Shown piece by piece: positions 13,504 to 28,500 of a stretch of 64,000 nucleotides of DNA (positions are counted from its first letter, which is position 1; each line of letters begins with the position of its first letter). The translations under genes and the position numbers were made by a program. Location: positions 123,380,001-123,444,000 of the forward strand of contig OX597815.1 in the NCBI GenBank assembly GCA_951406725.2, written 5' to 3'. The notes below the pieces were generated by a model that saw only the letters and a list, made by a program, of their open reading frames with translations, searched no databases and was not told the origin of the DNA. The stretch is from Octopus vulgaris (taxonomy: Eukaryota).

Positions 13504-16500
13504 TTTGATGGGTTGTGCGACACAGAAAGTGTGGTGTGTAAGTGAAGTGCTTTTGTTAGTGTGTGTAAAGAGACAGACAGAGTGAAAGACAGAAATAACT
13601 TTTTTTATTCACTTTTTGTAGTGAGTGACTGAGAGAGAAAAGAGAGAGAGAGGTTATGTATGTATGGCTTCAGTGACACACACACACAAAAACACATACC
13701 TACGTACACCTAAAGCACGCACACACACACACACACACACACACAAGCGGAGCGCGAACTTCAAAATTTTGGTAGTATTAATTTGCGAGCGTACTTCTAA
13801 GCGCGCGTAATTGAAAGTTTTCACTATGATATCATCACGTGCGAAAAAATTCGAAGGGTTTTGAACAATTGAGATACACATGTCACGCCTGTATTGAAAC
13901 CATTGCTAAGCTGCTGTAATTGCTTAATTAAGACTTTGTTTAAATTGAAAGGGGCAAATATGTGACGAGGTTGAAAAAAAATACCCCAGAAAAAAAAATG
14001 TACTGCTGGTATTTATATAATTCACTACTATTTTGCTACAATGTCATGAAAAAGAAAAAATTTAGGTATGTAAATCGAATTCGCCACCCCCTTTTCCCCG
14101 TTCGCGTTTGTGTAAAAAAAATTATTATTCAAGTTTTAAAAATTATTTACTTTGTTCAAAAAATATTAATATTAATTAATTTTCAAGAATTATTTAATTT
14201 TATTCTGTAAAATAGTAATTAATTCATTTATCTGTAAATCCGCGAGGTTGTTACTCAGGCACCTAGAATGGTAACCTTCAACTAACACTATCTCCTCCGA
14301 GACCCTGCGGCGCAAGTTGACCAAAATTGAGAGTATGGTAGAAGAAGGGTTGCTCTTCCTTCCGTAGAACATAAAATTCAAATCGGACCATGTTAACACC
14401 AAAAATTATTTACATCAAAAAGATGCTTTTTTCTATGAAAATCCCTATTTTTTACGATTTTTTCACTGCTGTGTCGCCACTTTTCGGTGTATTTCGACCA
14501 GAAAAATGTTCACAAAATTTTTACTTTTCAAAATTACAATTCCAGCGGGTCGAAACAAACCCGAGCAACGCCGGGCAATACTGCTAGTAATATAATAATG
14601 AGCTTATTGTACATAGTACTCAGGTGCACTACAACTCATCAGAAAAAGTAACTAAAACTGCATGAACAGTACATAAAATATACACAAGAAGAACAGTGGA
14701 TAAGTCTTAAAAAAACAAAACAAAAAAACAGGGGTGGGGGCAACAAATTTACTTTGGCAAATAGCAGGAAGCATGGAAGTTTTGAAAGGAGTAGTGTCCT
14801 GATAGCTAACAACTGATATGAGTAGTTTATTCCATGCTTCAGCAATTCTGAGTGTGAAAAAATGTTTTTGAAAGTTATGGGTGCTGTGTTCTTTTTGATT
14901 TTGTAAGTTTGTCCATAAGTGAAACATATGGAAGTCAAAAAGGTGCCCAAGATTGTTGATGGAAAAATGATGGATAATCTTGTGAGTGATGGATAATCAG
15001 TTGCCAGATGTTGGAGCTTTAATGTGTCTATGCTCAGGGAAGCAAGACGTTCAGAGTAGGGTAGATGCCCAATGGTGGGTATTCATCTGGCTGCACATTT
15101 CTATTCAATTCAGGGTCCACTATTGTAGCTAACTATTCTGGGGGCATCTAAAATTCTGTTTCCTTATCAGAGATCCTGTAGCACATTTTAAATATTTTCA
15201 TTATTTGTATTCATTACACAGAATTGAACTGTTTTCCTACATACCAAGCAGGTCGCTTTCCAAATGTTATTGGACATTTTTTCAGCCAAATAATGTCTTA
15301 ATCTCAGCACTTCAACACTTCAGACCCATTCTTCAGTTTCAAACTTCTATAGTTCTTCAATTAATTTGGCAATAATTTAAGTAATTAACAGCAGTCCTCG
15401 TGACTAATTCTGAACTATAAACTATGCTGAGTAGGAAGACAATTATATTGGTGGCACAATCAACATGCTGCAATAGCATCTGGTGATGAAGTCTTATCTT
15501 AGGCATCTTGTACATGGTCTGCATCACAATGAATAAATTTGCAAAACCATCCAACATTACACCAGGTCCTTTGAAACCCTTCTCAAAACAGCAAAGATAA
15601 GAAAGCTGAGAATAGTATGGCTATATAACAAGATCCAGTAGTTATGCAAAGACTTCTTCAAGGAGCCATAAACAGACAGATGAAAGATGGATGAACAATG
15701 TCAAGGAATGAATGAGCAAAGAATTGGTGGAGAACCTGAGCACACAACTATAAAAGATGAAGGTTGGTGCATAGTATGTCACATCAGTGCATTGATGATT
15801 CCATTCAGAGTTGAGAGCCCAGGCAATCCATCAACATGCTATGGGGACAGATATTCTTCTTTCTTTTGTACTTTTATTACTAAAATAAAATATTGTCAAA
15901 TTGCTAGATTATTTTGTTGGTGTTATTATATATTAAAACAAGGGACAACGAATTTAGTTGCTGTTTAGATACTTACTGATAATACTTAAAACTTTATAAA
16001 GCAGAAGTTTTTAAAAAGTACATAGCACCTAATATCCAACAGAACAATACAAATTATTACAGACTTACCGATGCAATCTGTATTCATCAGTTGTATACAA
16101 GAAAAACTTCTCAGGACTTGTTCTGCTTATATCCTGAATTATATCACTTGTTACTAATGTTTTACTCTTGGGTTTTTTATGTCCATTTTCAGAGCAAATA
16201 AAGCCAGAACCATCAGCAGCACATTTACACAAGGGATAATAGTGTTCTTTCTGAGTTGGCCACGATGCTACAAGCAAAAAGAAATCATTTCAAATTAAAA
16301 TATATCTTATCCAGAATAATTTAAATTCTTTTGTCTACAAATACATAATATTTATAATTATTAATACCATAAACGTAAGTTAAATGCATACAAGTTGGTC
16401 TCTGTTAAAGATTATCTACATATTTCCTGTGTTTCCAAGAAAGAATGAGTGACAAGACTTTCCATGAAAAAAATTGATATACTCAATGAATTTTGAAGAG

Positions 16501-19500
16501 CTAATGTTTACTTAATGAAGGTCAAGGTTTCCTCATCTAGACTGTTTAATGTAGTAAACAGATTATTCTAAGTAACATAATTAGTCCTATAGTTAATTGG
16601 AGTTCAAAGTACCCATCATATAGCTGTGGGGAAAAGGAGATGGAAAATGTTCATTACAATAAGGTATATGATCATGTGGACAGAATTTTACTTCATAAGT
16701 GGATATGTTTAGTTTTATGGCAGAAATATTAAATATTTTTAATGAAACTGAATATACAAATGGAATAAGGACTATAACAGTTGTTTCTAATTTAGGCACA
16801 AGGCCATTAATGTTTTGAAGGGATGAGGCTAGTTGATTACAGTACTTGACTGGTACTTTATTTTATCAACCAACAGAAGGATGAAAGGCAAAGTTGACCT
16901 CAGTAGTAATAAACAAAGCAAACAAATATAATACTTACTGTTAGATTTCATTTGATTATCCTTGTTTTTAGAGAGAGGTAATGGAGGGACAAAGTTATCT
17001 AAAGGAAGACCATGCACAAATACCTTCTCACAACTATCTTCAAAATATTTTAAGAGTAGTTTGTAGTTTTTGTGAAGATCACTGCCACTGAAAGATATAT
17101 TAAATGGGGATTTCAAAACACATGTTGCTCCAACACCTGAAGGGTAGTAAAATGTGCGTATGATTTCATCAGGACCCGCATCACTAGATTTATTGAATTG
17201 TTTTGTTTTCTGATTTGCATAAGGTATGTAGTTTCCTTCTGGTTGGGTCAAGTTGAAATATTGAGAGGGGCTTAGTTCAATTGGTGGAAGATCATCAAGT
17301 CCAGGAGCAGTCAAAGCAACAGTCATTGCAATACATACAAACAAAGCAGGGAGAAGGATTTGAGAGAAGAGTCCCTTCCAATTACGTCTGATATAGTAGA
17401 AGCGTTTAATGATGATGGCTCTGAACTGATTGAGGTGAAGCCAGTGTCCTGTTAATAAAATGCTACCACATCCTTCAGTTTGCATATCAGGAAATTCTGG
17501 AAAAATATAAATAAACATAAATAAACAATAATTCAATTGACTATGACTTTATGAATTTCTGGCACTTTTAGTTTACATTTTTTTGAATCCATTATTTAAA
17601 TATACATGAAAACTTTATATACCTGAAAAACTTAATTTAGAAATAATTTTTGTGTCAATGGTCAGGTTATGCATGTGCAAAACGGATTCCTTATAACAGG
17701 GATCAGCAAACTACAGCCCGCAAGGTCAGTCCATCCAGCCTGCTGCTGTACTGTACCTTTTGTGTAAGTACTTGCAATGAGAGTTCATTTGCTTCTGGTA
17801 TTGCATCAGTGTTTGGAACAACTTATGTTTGTGAGCAAACAGTTTCAAAAATGAAGAATGTGAAGTCAGCACATCGAATGAGATTGACTGATGGACATTT
17901 GAAAGCAATTCTCTTGGTTTGATGCAGCAATTCCAAAGCAGATATGATATCTTAAAAGCTAAACACCATTTTCACAAATCACACCAACCTTTTTTGCTGT
18001 TTAGTTTGTGAGATTCAGATATGTGCACACTGGGAGTGATATAACTATCTTATTGCTAATGTTGCCTTTTTTTAAATAACTTTTTGGTAAATAAATATGT
18101 TGGTTGTCTTTATTTTTTGTGTATTCACTGTATTGTATTAAACAAAATGGATATGCAGCCCATGCTTGTCATTCTCTTAGTTATCTGGCCTGCCATGAAA
18201 AAAGTTTGGTGACCTCTGCTTTATAACATTAACTGATACTTCATAACTATTAGAATAATAAAGTGAAATAAAACAAAAATGACAGCCATTTAAAACACAT
18301 TATGTGCATATTTTAAATCACTGTCATAACTCCAGCATGAAGCAACAGTTTCAGTTTCAAAACTGATTGGACGACATAATTAAAACAAAAGCTATTTAGA
18401 AGCCTAATTCCAATATTTGTAATGGTACTATGCATGAAAAGTTACATAATTTTTAAGTTCTTCTTCATGTGTTATGCCTATAGGGATGAATAATTATGAA
18501 ACTCCACACTTAATGTGTTATTTGGCTGGCTTTTTTGAAACCAGTTGTGAAGGCCATAAAGAAAGAAGCCAGAGAACACAAGTACTGAAAGCCTTTTAAT
18601 AATAATGAAATTATTGTATACAATACTCAGGTGCACCACAACTTGTCAAAAGTGCATATGAAGTAATGTACAAATGTCTGGAAAGTGAACAGTGTAGGAG
18701 TCAGATACATGCTTGTGTGTGTGTGGAGGGGAGAAAATCAGGTGTAGTGTTGGCGAATCTCATGAAGCTTGGAAGTTTTGAAGGATGCAGTGCTCTGACA
18801 ACTAACAACTGATGCTGGCAGTTTGTTCCATATTTCAGCAACTCTTAGCGTGAAAAAATGTTTCCGAAAGTCATGAGAGCTGTGCTGTTTTCTGACTTTC
18901 AGAGTTACTGTTAGTAAGATGGTTAATAATTTTATGGGTGTCTGCCAAGTCAGCTGTCAGACGTCGGAGTTTCAATGTACCCATGCCCAGGCAAGTAAGG
19001 CATTCAGAATATGGCAAATGCCCGATGGAGGGTATTCTCTTGGTTGCATGTCGCTGAACGGTTTCCAGTCGATTAATATCCTGGGCAAGATAGGGGTTCC
19101 AGACCGGTGATGCAAATTCCAGGTGAGGCCGCACCATAGCTATGTAAAGCCTCAGATAGATAGCCGGAGAGCGGCTCACAAAGGACTTGGTAAGTGATGC
19201 CAAGACACCCTCAACCTTCTTGGCAATTTTAGCAATGTGTTTTGTCCAACGCAAATCGCTGTCGACAATAATGCCCAGGTCACGTTCACAAGAAGACTTT
19301 TTGAGATTAGTGTTGTGGAGGGACTAAGCAGACGCTGGGTTTTTTCTCCCAAAATGCATGGTGGTACATTTGTCCACAGCCAGCTTAAGTTGCCAGTCCA
19401 TGATCCATTGCTGCATTATATCCAGGTCTGATTGCAATAAGGATCTATAGGCGTACAGGATCTGTCCTCTTTATTTCGAGGTACAGCTTGATGTCATCTG

Positions 19501-22500
19501 CATATTTCAGCACTGTGGCATTCTTTAAGTTGGTATCTATGTCATTAACATATGCAACAAATAAAAGGGGACCAAGAACAGATCCCAGATGTCAACTGTG
19601 ACAACCTCTTTTCAGCTGATAATGAAGGACTTCAACCAGTTATAGAGATCATCTCTTACACCCATTGCAGAGAGTTTCACCATAAGTCTTTTGTGTGGCA
19701 CAGAATTGAAAGCCTTAGCGAAGTCCAAGTAAACAACATCCACCCAGGAGCCGCGATCAGTGATTCGGGCAATGTCATCAAGAAACTTGATGAGTTGATT
19801 ACAGCAGCTGGAGTTAGGAATAAATCCAAATTGTGATGGCTGGATGAGTCTGTAAGACTTCCAGAAGTTCTAGAGGGTTTCTCTGACACAGGATTCCATC
19901 AGTTTGGCGATGCAGCCAGGGCGATAGTTGACAGGCGATGTGCAGTCACCTTTTTTGAACAGAGGGATAACACTGGCAGTTTTCAACTGCTCTGGAGTAA
20001 CACCTTTGTCAAGACAGAATTGAAAGAATAGTGAAAGTTGGTTCAGAAGAAAGTACCCACCGCATCTGAGAAGTAGGTATGTAACACCATCGAGACCAGG
20101 AGAGGCATAGTTACGTTTATTCTTAAGGTGGCGTTGTAGCATTGCTGGTGTAAATTTCATAGTAGTTATAGAGTCCGATGTCAGAGGTGATGGAGATGGA
20201 ACATTTTGATCTTCAACAGTAAGTATGCCTGCATAGCATCCAGCAATGATTTCTGCACATTCTTTGGGATTGTCAGTAATCTGGCCTGTGTGGAGATTGC
20301 AAAGGGAGCCAACTGGAGAGTGAGGTCTCTGCTTTGAATGTACATACTTCCAGAACACTTTGCTGTCAGGGTTGGTTGCTATGCGCTGTTCGAATTCAAG
20401 CACTGCCTTTTTTGTCACCTGCTTGAGATGGTTGGATGATCTATTGCGCTCTTCCTGTTGATCTCTGATTTGTGCATTTTGTATTCCTGTTCAGCATTAC
20501 AGCGTTCTTTCCTGGCAAGTCAGACTGCTGCAGTCTCCCAAATCGCATATGCTGTCTCTTACGCTGTCCAATGAACTTAAACTGTTGTCCTCTTAAGCTT
20601 TCTGGCATCTCTGTTCATCTAAAAACTTTAATGCTTGTTCCTAGTTATGTAAGATACTTTTAACAGCCATCTAAATAACTACATCCTTACAGCATTTATT
20701 ATCTTTTACACTTGCTTGTTGATGTTCAAGTAACACAATATTTAAAAGATTATATGAAAAATAACTACAGTAAAAAAAAATGTGATTTACATACCGTTTT
20801 GGTTTGTCTCATCAATTTCTTCTTCCAGTTTAACATAATTGCCATGTTTGTTAGCAGTGGACACATTCTTTCTTTCAGATTTTTGTTTTTTAGGTTGTTG
20901 TGGCTGCCCAGCCATACTGTTCATTTCCACATCATAATGCATAGCAGTGTCAGTTGGATTCTGATCAGTATTTGAAACATCCAACAAACTGGATGTAGAA
21001 CTGGTATCTGTACACTCAGGTTCATTATTACTAATCTCATTTTCTTGATTCCGAGAACCCGACAAATAATCAGCAATAAATGAGTTGGTATTTAGTGTAT
21101 CACTTGGCTTGTTTTCTGAGATCACTACAAAAGACACCATGCAGTATGAACAATACAGAAATTTCAAAATATCAATAATTAATACAGCTTTACAGATTTC
21201 TCAATTTTTACATACATTGGAAATTATAATTAATACATAGATATGAGTATTGAAAGAATTCCTTGTATGTTAAAAAACTGTCCAAAATAACAGTAAACAT
21301 TGTATAAAGATTGGCAGCTGAAAATTTTCTACACAATAAAGTCTAAAAATATGAGACAAATTAGGATAGTTTTGTGTAAAATCCAGCAAAAACTACACAT
21401 TTATACAATTAAAAAGACATTATTTCATAGAATATATTGTTCCAGTTTAAAGAAATAGTAAAAAAGCAGTAAAAGAAAATGAGCAAACAAAACAGTTAAA
21501 CATATCAAACAGCAAGTTTAAATAATGTAAGTGAAAATGTTTACCTTCAGGACAATGAAATGCTTCAGTGACTTTAAGAAAAACTTCTTCAAGTGTTGTG
21601 TCCATAACACCAAAACTACTGATTTCAAGGGTGTCAAGAGAAGATTCCAAAGCTTGGAACAAACGCTCTGCATTTCCCTTTTTAATTTCCTCAAAAGGTA
21701 AAATATAATGTAGCTCACGTTTGCTTTCAGATTTCAAATATGCTGATTTCACATGTTTTATTATGAAATTTGTTACACTGCTTTGTTGGCATTCAGTCAA
21801 GAAAGATTCTCGAGGTTTCAAATCAGGAAGACGTTCTAAATGAAAAGTAATTTTTTGTTTAAAATCTTTGCTAAAGAAATTGATTAAGATTTCACAAAAG
21901 TAACATAAGTTTTAACTGATTGAATGAAGGTTTGATTTTTTCCAACTTTTTCAGATTTTAAAATCAATTACAAGAACAAGTAAATAATCTGAATTATTGC
22001 AATAGTAGTTTAGGTTGTTGGTTTAATTGCGTTCTTGAGCAAGGGACTCAGCTAAAAATGAGTAACAGCTACAGCTAGTGGCATAAAGCTTTTGATGTGT
22101 CCTATTCAGTGGGGAATCTTATATACTCTGAGCAGATTAAACACTATGGAGACTGGGATTAACTCCAGTCTACTGGGCATTTTAAACCTAAAATATCTGT
22201 ATAAATGACAAAGAAAAAATTTTGTCTTAGGGTTACTTTTTAACTTTGTACAACAATCTGCAAAGTTTTAATCCAAAGTTCATAGACACTTTTCTTGTCT
22301 CTAATACCTAACAAATAAGTAAACAGATTTTCAAGTTGTGTCAAGGATATGACAAACTCCTTAGTACTGGTATCACGAGAAAAAATACCCAATATACACT
22401 GTAGGGTGTTTGGTGTTAGGAAGTGCATCCAGCCGTAGAATCCAAACTAGAAATGAAATATTGGAGCAAGACATGTTCTTCAGACATGTCTAAGAGGGTA

Positions 22501-25500
22501 GTGACTCCAAATAAATTACTTTGACCATGAGACATCTAATTTATGCCAGTGGGGAAAGCAGATACAAAATGATGATGGAAATAATTCAACAGAATACCTG
22601 AGACATCAAATGTTTCTTCAGATTCTTTCTTCACCATTTTAATGTGATATCCTTCTCCAAAAGTGTTCTTCAAAAATAGTGATGAACCACAACATTTTAA
22701 CTGACCATCAGAAATAATTGCAATGCGATCCCCTAAGATATCAGCTTCATCCATGTGATGTGTTGACAACAATATTGTCCTCCCTGCAAATAATAGAAGA
22801 TAAAATAATCAGTGACAAACATACCTAAAGTAGTATTGAACAGTGAGAATGAGCACTTAGCACAGCATTTGATGGATATTCTTTACTTGTGGATTAACAG
22901 TGCAATAAAAAAAGTATATACATATACACACAAAATGGACTGTCACACAGTTTTCATCTACCAATTTCACTCACAAAGCTAGGACTATAGTAGAAGTCAC
23001 TGAATATGCTGCACAGTGGGACTGAACCTGAAACTGTAGTTCCTAGACAATCTTAACTACACAGCCATGTCTGCACTCTCACACACACACACATCATTAC
23101 TTAGAAACTTACAGAGCACAAGATAACCTCATTAGTGCTGGTGTCATGATAAAATACACCCAACACACCTTGTAAAGTGCCACACCCTGGTGTTAGGAAG
23201 GGCTTCCAATCATAGAAACCACGCATAAAATTGGAATGGGTAGGCTAGTCATGGTCCTACAACCCATCAAGGAAAGCAATAACTCTAAATAAGAACTGAT
23301 TTGCATCATGACAACCCATCCAACCCAAAAATATGGAAGAGTGGACACATATTTGATGATATCTAATTGTATTATTTAAATATAAATTCTTGTCATTATT
23401 GTTATTTAATTTTCCAAATTAAAATTTTATTTCAAAGAATAGTTATAAAAGCTAACTTACCGTTTTTGTATTTAACCAAAAGATCCCAGATTGCACGCCG
23501 AGCATAAGGGTCCACTCCTGCTGTAGGTTCATCTAAGATCACTGTTCGAGAACCACCAACAAAAGCAATGGCAACAGATAGTTTACGTTGCATACCACCA
23601 GACAAGCAGTCTACTGAACAGTTCTTTTTTCGAGGAAGGCCAATATCTTGGATCATACTAGAAGTAAATATAGAAAAATCAACAATACATCATCATATGA
23701 AACCACTGATTTAGTTACAGGTTTCATAATAAAAACAATCTTCATAAAATATCAAAATTTAATGAAGGTTTCTATGTTAAATATCGGTGTCACTGATGAG
23801 TAGGTTCTTGAGTTGATTCTTCTTTGAGTGTTTCCCTCCCCTTATCTAATGACTTTTTCATTTAGTTAAGAGTAGGAGGAGTGATGCCCATGACATTTGC
23901 AGGCCCTCACAGACTGATAAAATAATATTTAGCTCTAACTTTCTAGGCTGATGTTCATTGGAAAACATGGACAAAGAGGGTTACAGTTTAGAGAGAGGAC
24001 TAAGAAAAGTCTTTTGTATGTGGTTGGTGATAGTGGGACATAGTAAGGATGGCAAAATGTAGGAGTATCTGCTGAACTTGGGTTAAGGTGGATCAGATAG
24101 TTTAACAGAAGCTGTGGTAGTAGTAGCAGCAGCAGAAGACTCAGAATGTTTATGGACAAATAGATGTAGTGTATTGGGTGGAGTAGGACTTGGCTTATCA
24201 ACTGAATTGCCATTTTATTTTTTTATGTGGTTTAGGATGTGTATATTTGTATCTAGCAACAGCACCATTTCAGATATGTTAGTTGCACTCTGGTGGTTTT
24301 CTCTGGAACTGTTTAGTGAGTTAGTAAATGATTAGAGCTGAAATATGTTTTGGTCCGGAAGAGGAATTTCATCTTTGGAATGCAGATTCATCAGTGTTTT
24401 AGCTAAGTAGTGTATCAGAAATGAGGGTGCTAGGATACCCTTATCAGTATGGTCAGAGAAGTTCACCTTTTGAGGACTGGGAGACAACATTATCTGCTTC
24501 ACTCTATATAGAGAGAAATATTGAGTTTGGTGAGGGAAGGTGCAAGTTAAGGAGTTCCTTTTTTGAAGGTGATGGAACACTAAGGTAAGTTTATAAATTC
24601 ACAAAACAAAAAAAAATTGCAACAAACATTGTTATTAGATTATGTCAAAGAATATAGTTATATCAGCACCAAATATAAAGCATTTCCAAACACATACACA
24701 TATATGTATGTATTAGCTGTTGGATCCGGCATTGCTCGTGTTTTCCATGTTGAAGTTAAACCCACCTCTGACCTTTATTGAAATCTACATTCCCCGTGCC
24801 AACTATTACCCATTAAGATGTTATATCTAGTTTGGCAGGGATTTTACCCGGTTAACACTTTCAACATACTCCTACATATTGGACTGTCTGAAATCGCAAT
24901 CAAACTTTTGGGCGTACCTCAACCCGTTGATAGTCAGGTTTGTATATTTCTCTCCCCTTAATGCCACCCTCTGTACAAAATTGTCCAATCTCAGCAAAAT
25001 CTGAAGAAAAGTGTTAAGGTTATGTCATAAATAGAATCCATGTGGCCATCATCATCATCATCATTTAACGTCCGCTTTCCATGCTAGCATGGGTTGGACG
25101 GTTCAACTGGAGTCTGGGGAGCCCAAAGGCTGCACCAGGCCAGTCAGATCTGGCAGTGTTTCTACAGCTGGATGCCCTTCCTAACGCCAACCACTCCGAG
25201 GAACATGAAAATATCCCATTGACTTAAATCCCAATACATTATATGAACAATTGAGGTTTCATATGTTGAAGTGCTTAATTTTACTCATGGGTCAATTTCC
25301 TTCGAAATCAGTTCATTATTTTATTGTGAGTGAATTTTGATGATTTCTGCCTTTCACCAGTTTAATTTTAATTCTACTACATGACTCCGACCATGAAATT
25401 TACCTAAATGTCAAATTTCATCAAAATCAAATGAAAAGTTACAGCATTAAATATTAATCCTATGGGTAATTGCATACAAAAAGCCTACTTATTTCTTAAA

Positions 25501-28500
25501 ATCCCCTGCTCATGCGCAATTATTAATTTTTTTGTCAACTCTTCATGCTGCATCAACTAATGGACATGAATTGTAATCATGTGTAAAATTTCTACAAAAT
25601 CAATAAGAACGTCTCGAAGGAAATGGTTATTTGCATTTGCACCCTTACAAGCCCTTTTGAATTAAATAAACACCTTTACTGTCTCCCCCACCACAAAATT
25701 TACCTACATCTCAAATTTCATTAAAATCAGATAAAAAATATAAAAGTTATGGCCAAAAATAAAATCTCTATGGGTATTTGCATGCAAAAAGCTTATTGAT
25801 TTTATAAAACCACTGCTCAGGCGCAATTATCAATTTTTTGTCAACACCATATATTGACATCAACTCACTGCTATGAGCCTTGCTCATTCATCGATTTTCA
25901 TCAAAATTGGACAAAAAATGCAAAAGCTGCTGGAAAAATAACTTTCCATTCAAATGCTCAATTGATCTTGCAAAAATTGATGCTCACTAAGCATTATCAA
26001 GTTTTCAAAAAATTCTAGCCTTATTTGAATTTCAGGTCGAGTGATCTACCTAGGTGCCAAAAATCATTAAAATCGGTTGGACAGTGTGGGAGGAGTTGGA
26101 ATAACCCCAAACACACAGACAGACACATTACACATTTATATTTATAGATGTATGTATGTATGACTGAAACAAAAACAAATGAACATACATTTCCATTTCT
26201 CGTTCTATCTCTTCAGTTTTCATTCCTTTCAGTTGTCCATAAAACCACAGATGCTCTTTTACAGTCAACCTGAAATTAAATTTGGTAAATTTGTAACCAT
26301 TTTTTTAAAAATTGTAAACCTACAATTAACCCTCACTATTTACTTTTTACAAACAAATTGGTTGCTTAAGTTACTTCATTAAAATATTTTCTAAACATCC
26401 ACAATATTATATAAGTTGCTTTTGTAAACATATTTATATTTTCTTAAAGAATAACCTACAAAGACGATTTAAAATCTAGAAATATAGAGGCCTCTGTGAA
26501 GCAAATAAAAAATGGAATTATTCTATTGTGTTTACATACATGGTAATAAAGAATGCATGAATATTTATGCATTTGTATTGATGTATAAAAACTAGCATGT
26601 TTGTATTTTTGTATAAATCACAGGGCAATTGTAAATCTGTAGAGCATTTAATTAAGTGTATCTAAGCTTATGTTTATTGTTTCTATGTCATTATATGAAT
26701 GTAAACATGGGTGAAATTGAGAAGTTCACTTAAAGCCACATATGTTTGGGTTCAACATCACTACAGAGCACTTTGGGCAAGAGTTTTCTACCATAGCTTT
26801 TGGTTGACTAACAGGAGTGAAATTTGATAGATGGAAACTGTGCAAAAGACAGTGTGCGTGTGTTTAAAATTAGCAGATGAAAAAATACCAGATAAAGAAC
26901 TGGGGTCATTATAATCAACTAAAATCCTCAAAACCACAATCCAATGGCTGAAAGCAATACATAAAAAATGTAGGCGTCCATTTATTGGATGTCCATTTCT
27001 CCATGTTAGCATAGGTGGGGTGGGGACACATTTGAGACAGGATTTTATTCCACAAGTCTTGGCATGTGCAGAGAAACCAGTCATAATGTTAACAAAGAAT
27101 GTACACATTATTAATTGTTCACTCAAGCAAGGCCTGAGATGTCAACATTCATACACATTTGCATACATATACAACAGTCTTCCTACCGTTTCCATCTACC
27201 AAATTCACTCACAAAGCATTGATTGACAGTAATAGATACTTGCCCAAGGTGTCACACTGTGAGACTGAACTTGAACCCTACCCCTAAAGTATACTTCTTG
27301 ACCACACAGCCATGTCTATACCTATCATAGTGAACTTTAAAATGTGTGTGTGTGTGTGTGCAGATTCATATAAATACATGTGTGTAATTTTGTGTTATAA
27401 CTTTGTAATTTTGTGTTATAACTTTGCAAACTATTTGGTTGAAATCTGCATAAGGAGAACTGATAATGTGAAATACAAATTAAATATGTAAGAAATTATA
27501 ATAAAATTTAAATACACACTTATCAAAGAGCACATTGTGCTGTGGACACATTCCAAGATCTTTCCGAATAACATCCATATTAGTACGAATATCATGCCCA
27601 TATACCATAGCATAACCTGATGTTGGAGGAAAAAACCCAGTGAGAATGGACCTAAAATTTAGATAAGACACAAAGGTAAGATATTTTGAAATACAAATTT
27701 GTTTTAGAACAATTTTCATTAAAAAAAAAAAATATTTGTACCATTAAAGTATCATGGCATGAAAATGTAAAATAACTTTTCAAAACTGAGAATTCTGTAA
27801 ATGCTTCCCAAAATTATATCACATATTTTATTGTAATTTATTTTTTAGCAAGATAACTCATTTGCCAAAACTGAACCATTATAATAATAATGCTTCAAAA
27901 AATAAATAAATAAAAAATAATGGTAAATTAAACTAGTGGATTTTGAGAAATATATGCTTCCATGGATACCAAAGAAAGTATTTGAATGATGAGCTCTTTT
28001 GTTATATTTCTGTTGAAATACATTGCATTTGCTTCAAATCAATTTTGAAAATTATGGATTCAGTAAAATAACTGACATCATTAAGTTGGTGTTTAGAATG
28101 TAAATTAACATGAAATTTCGATGGAAAATTTCAACTCATATCATAATAAAACAAGAAGCAGATATGGTCCTAGGTGGACTACTATCAAAGGGATTTTAAT
28201 TCAAATTAAAATATCAAATAGTTAAAATACTCTGTCAATAATTAGTAAACATGATTATGTATAGTCATATACTCAAAAATGTTTCTGGGAACATAATATT
28301 GTTCAACACATTACATGTGAACAGTTAATAGAATTAAGGAGAGAGAGTGAAAGGGAGAAAGAGCAGAAGAGAGGGAGAAAGAGAGTAGAGAGAAAGAGAT
28401 AGAGAGTGGAAGAAAGAGAGAGTGGAAGAGAGAGAGAGTGGAAGAGAGAGAGAGTGGAAGAGAGAGCGGGTGGAAGGGAGAGAGTGAAAGAGAGAAAGGG

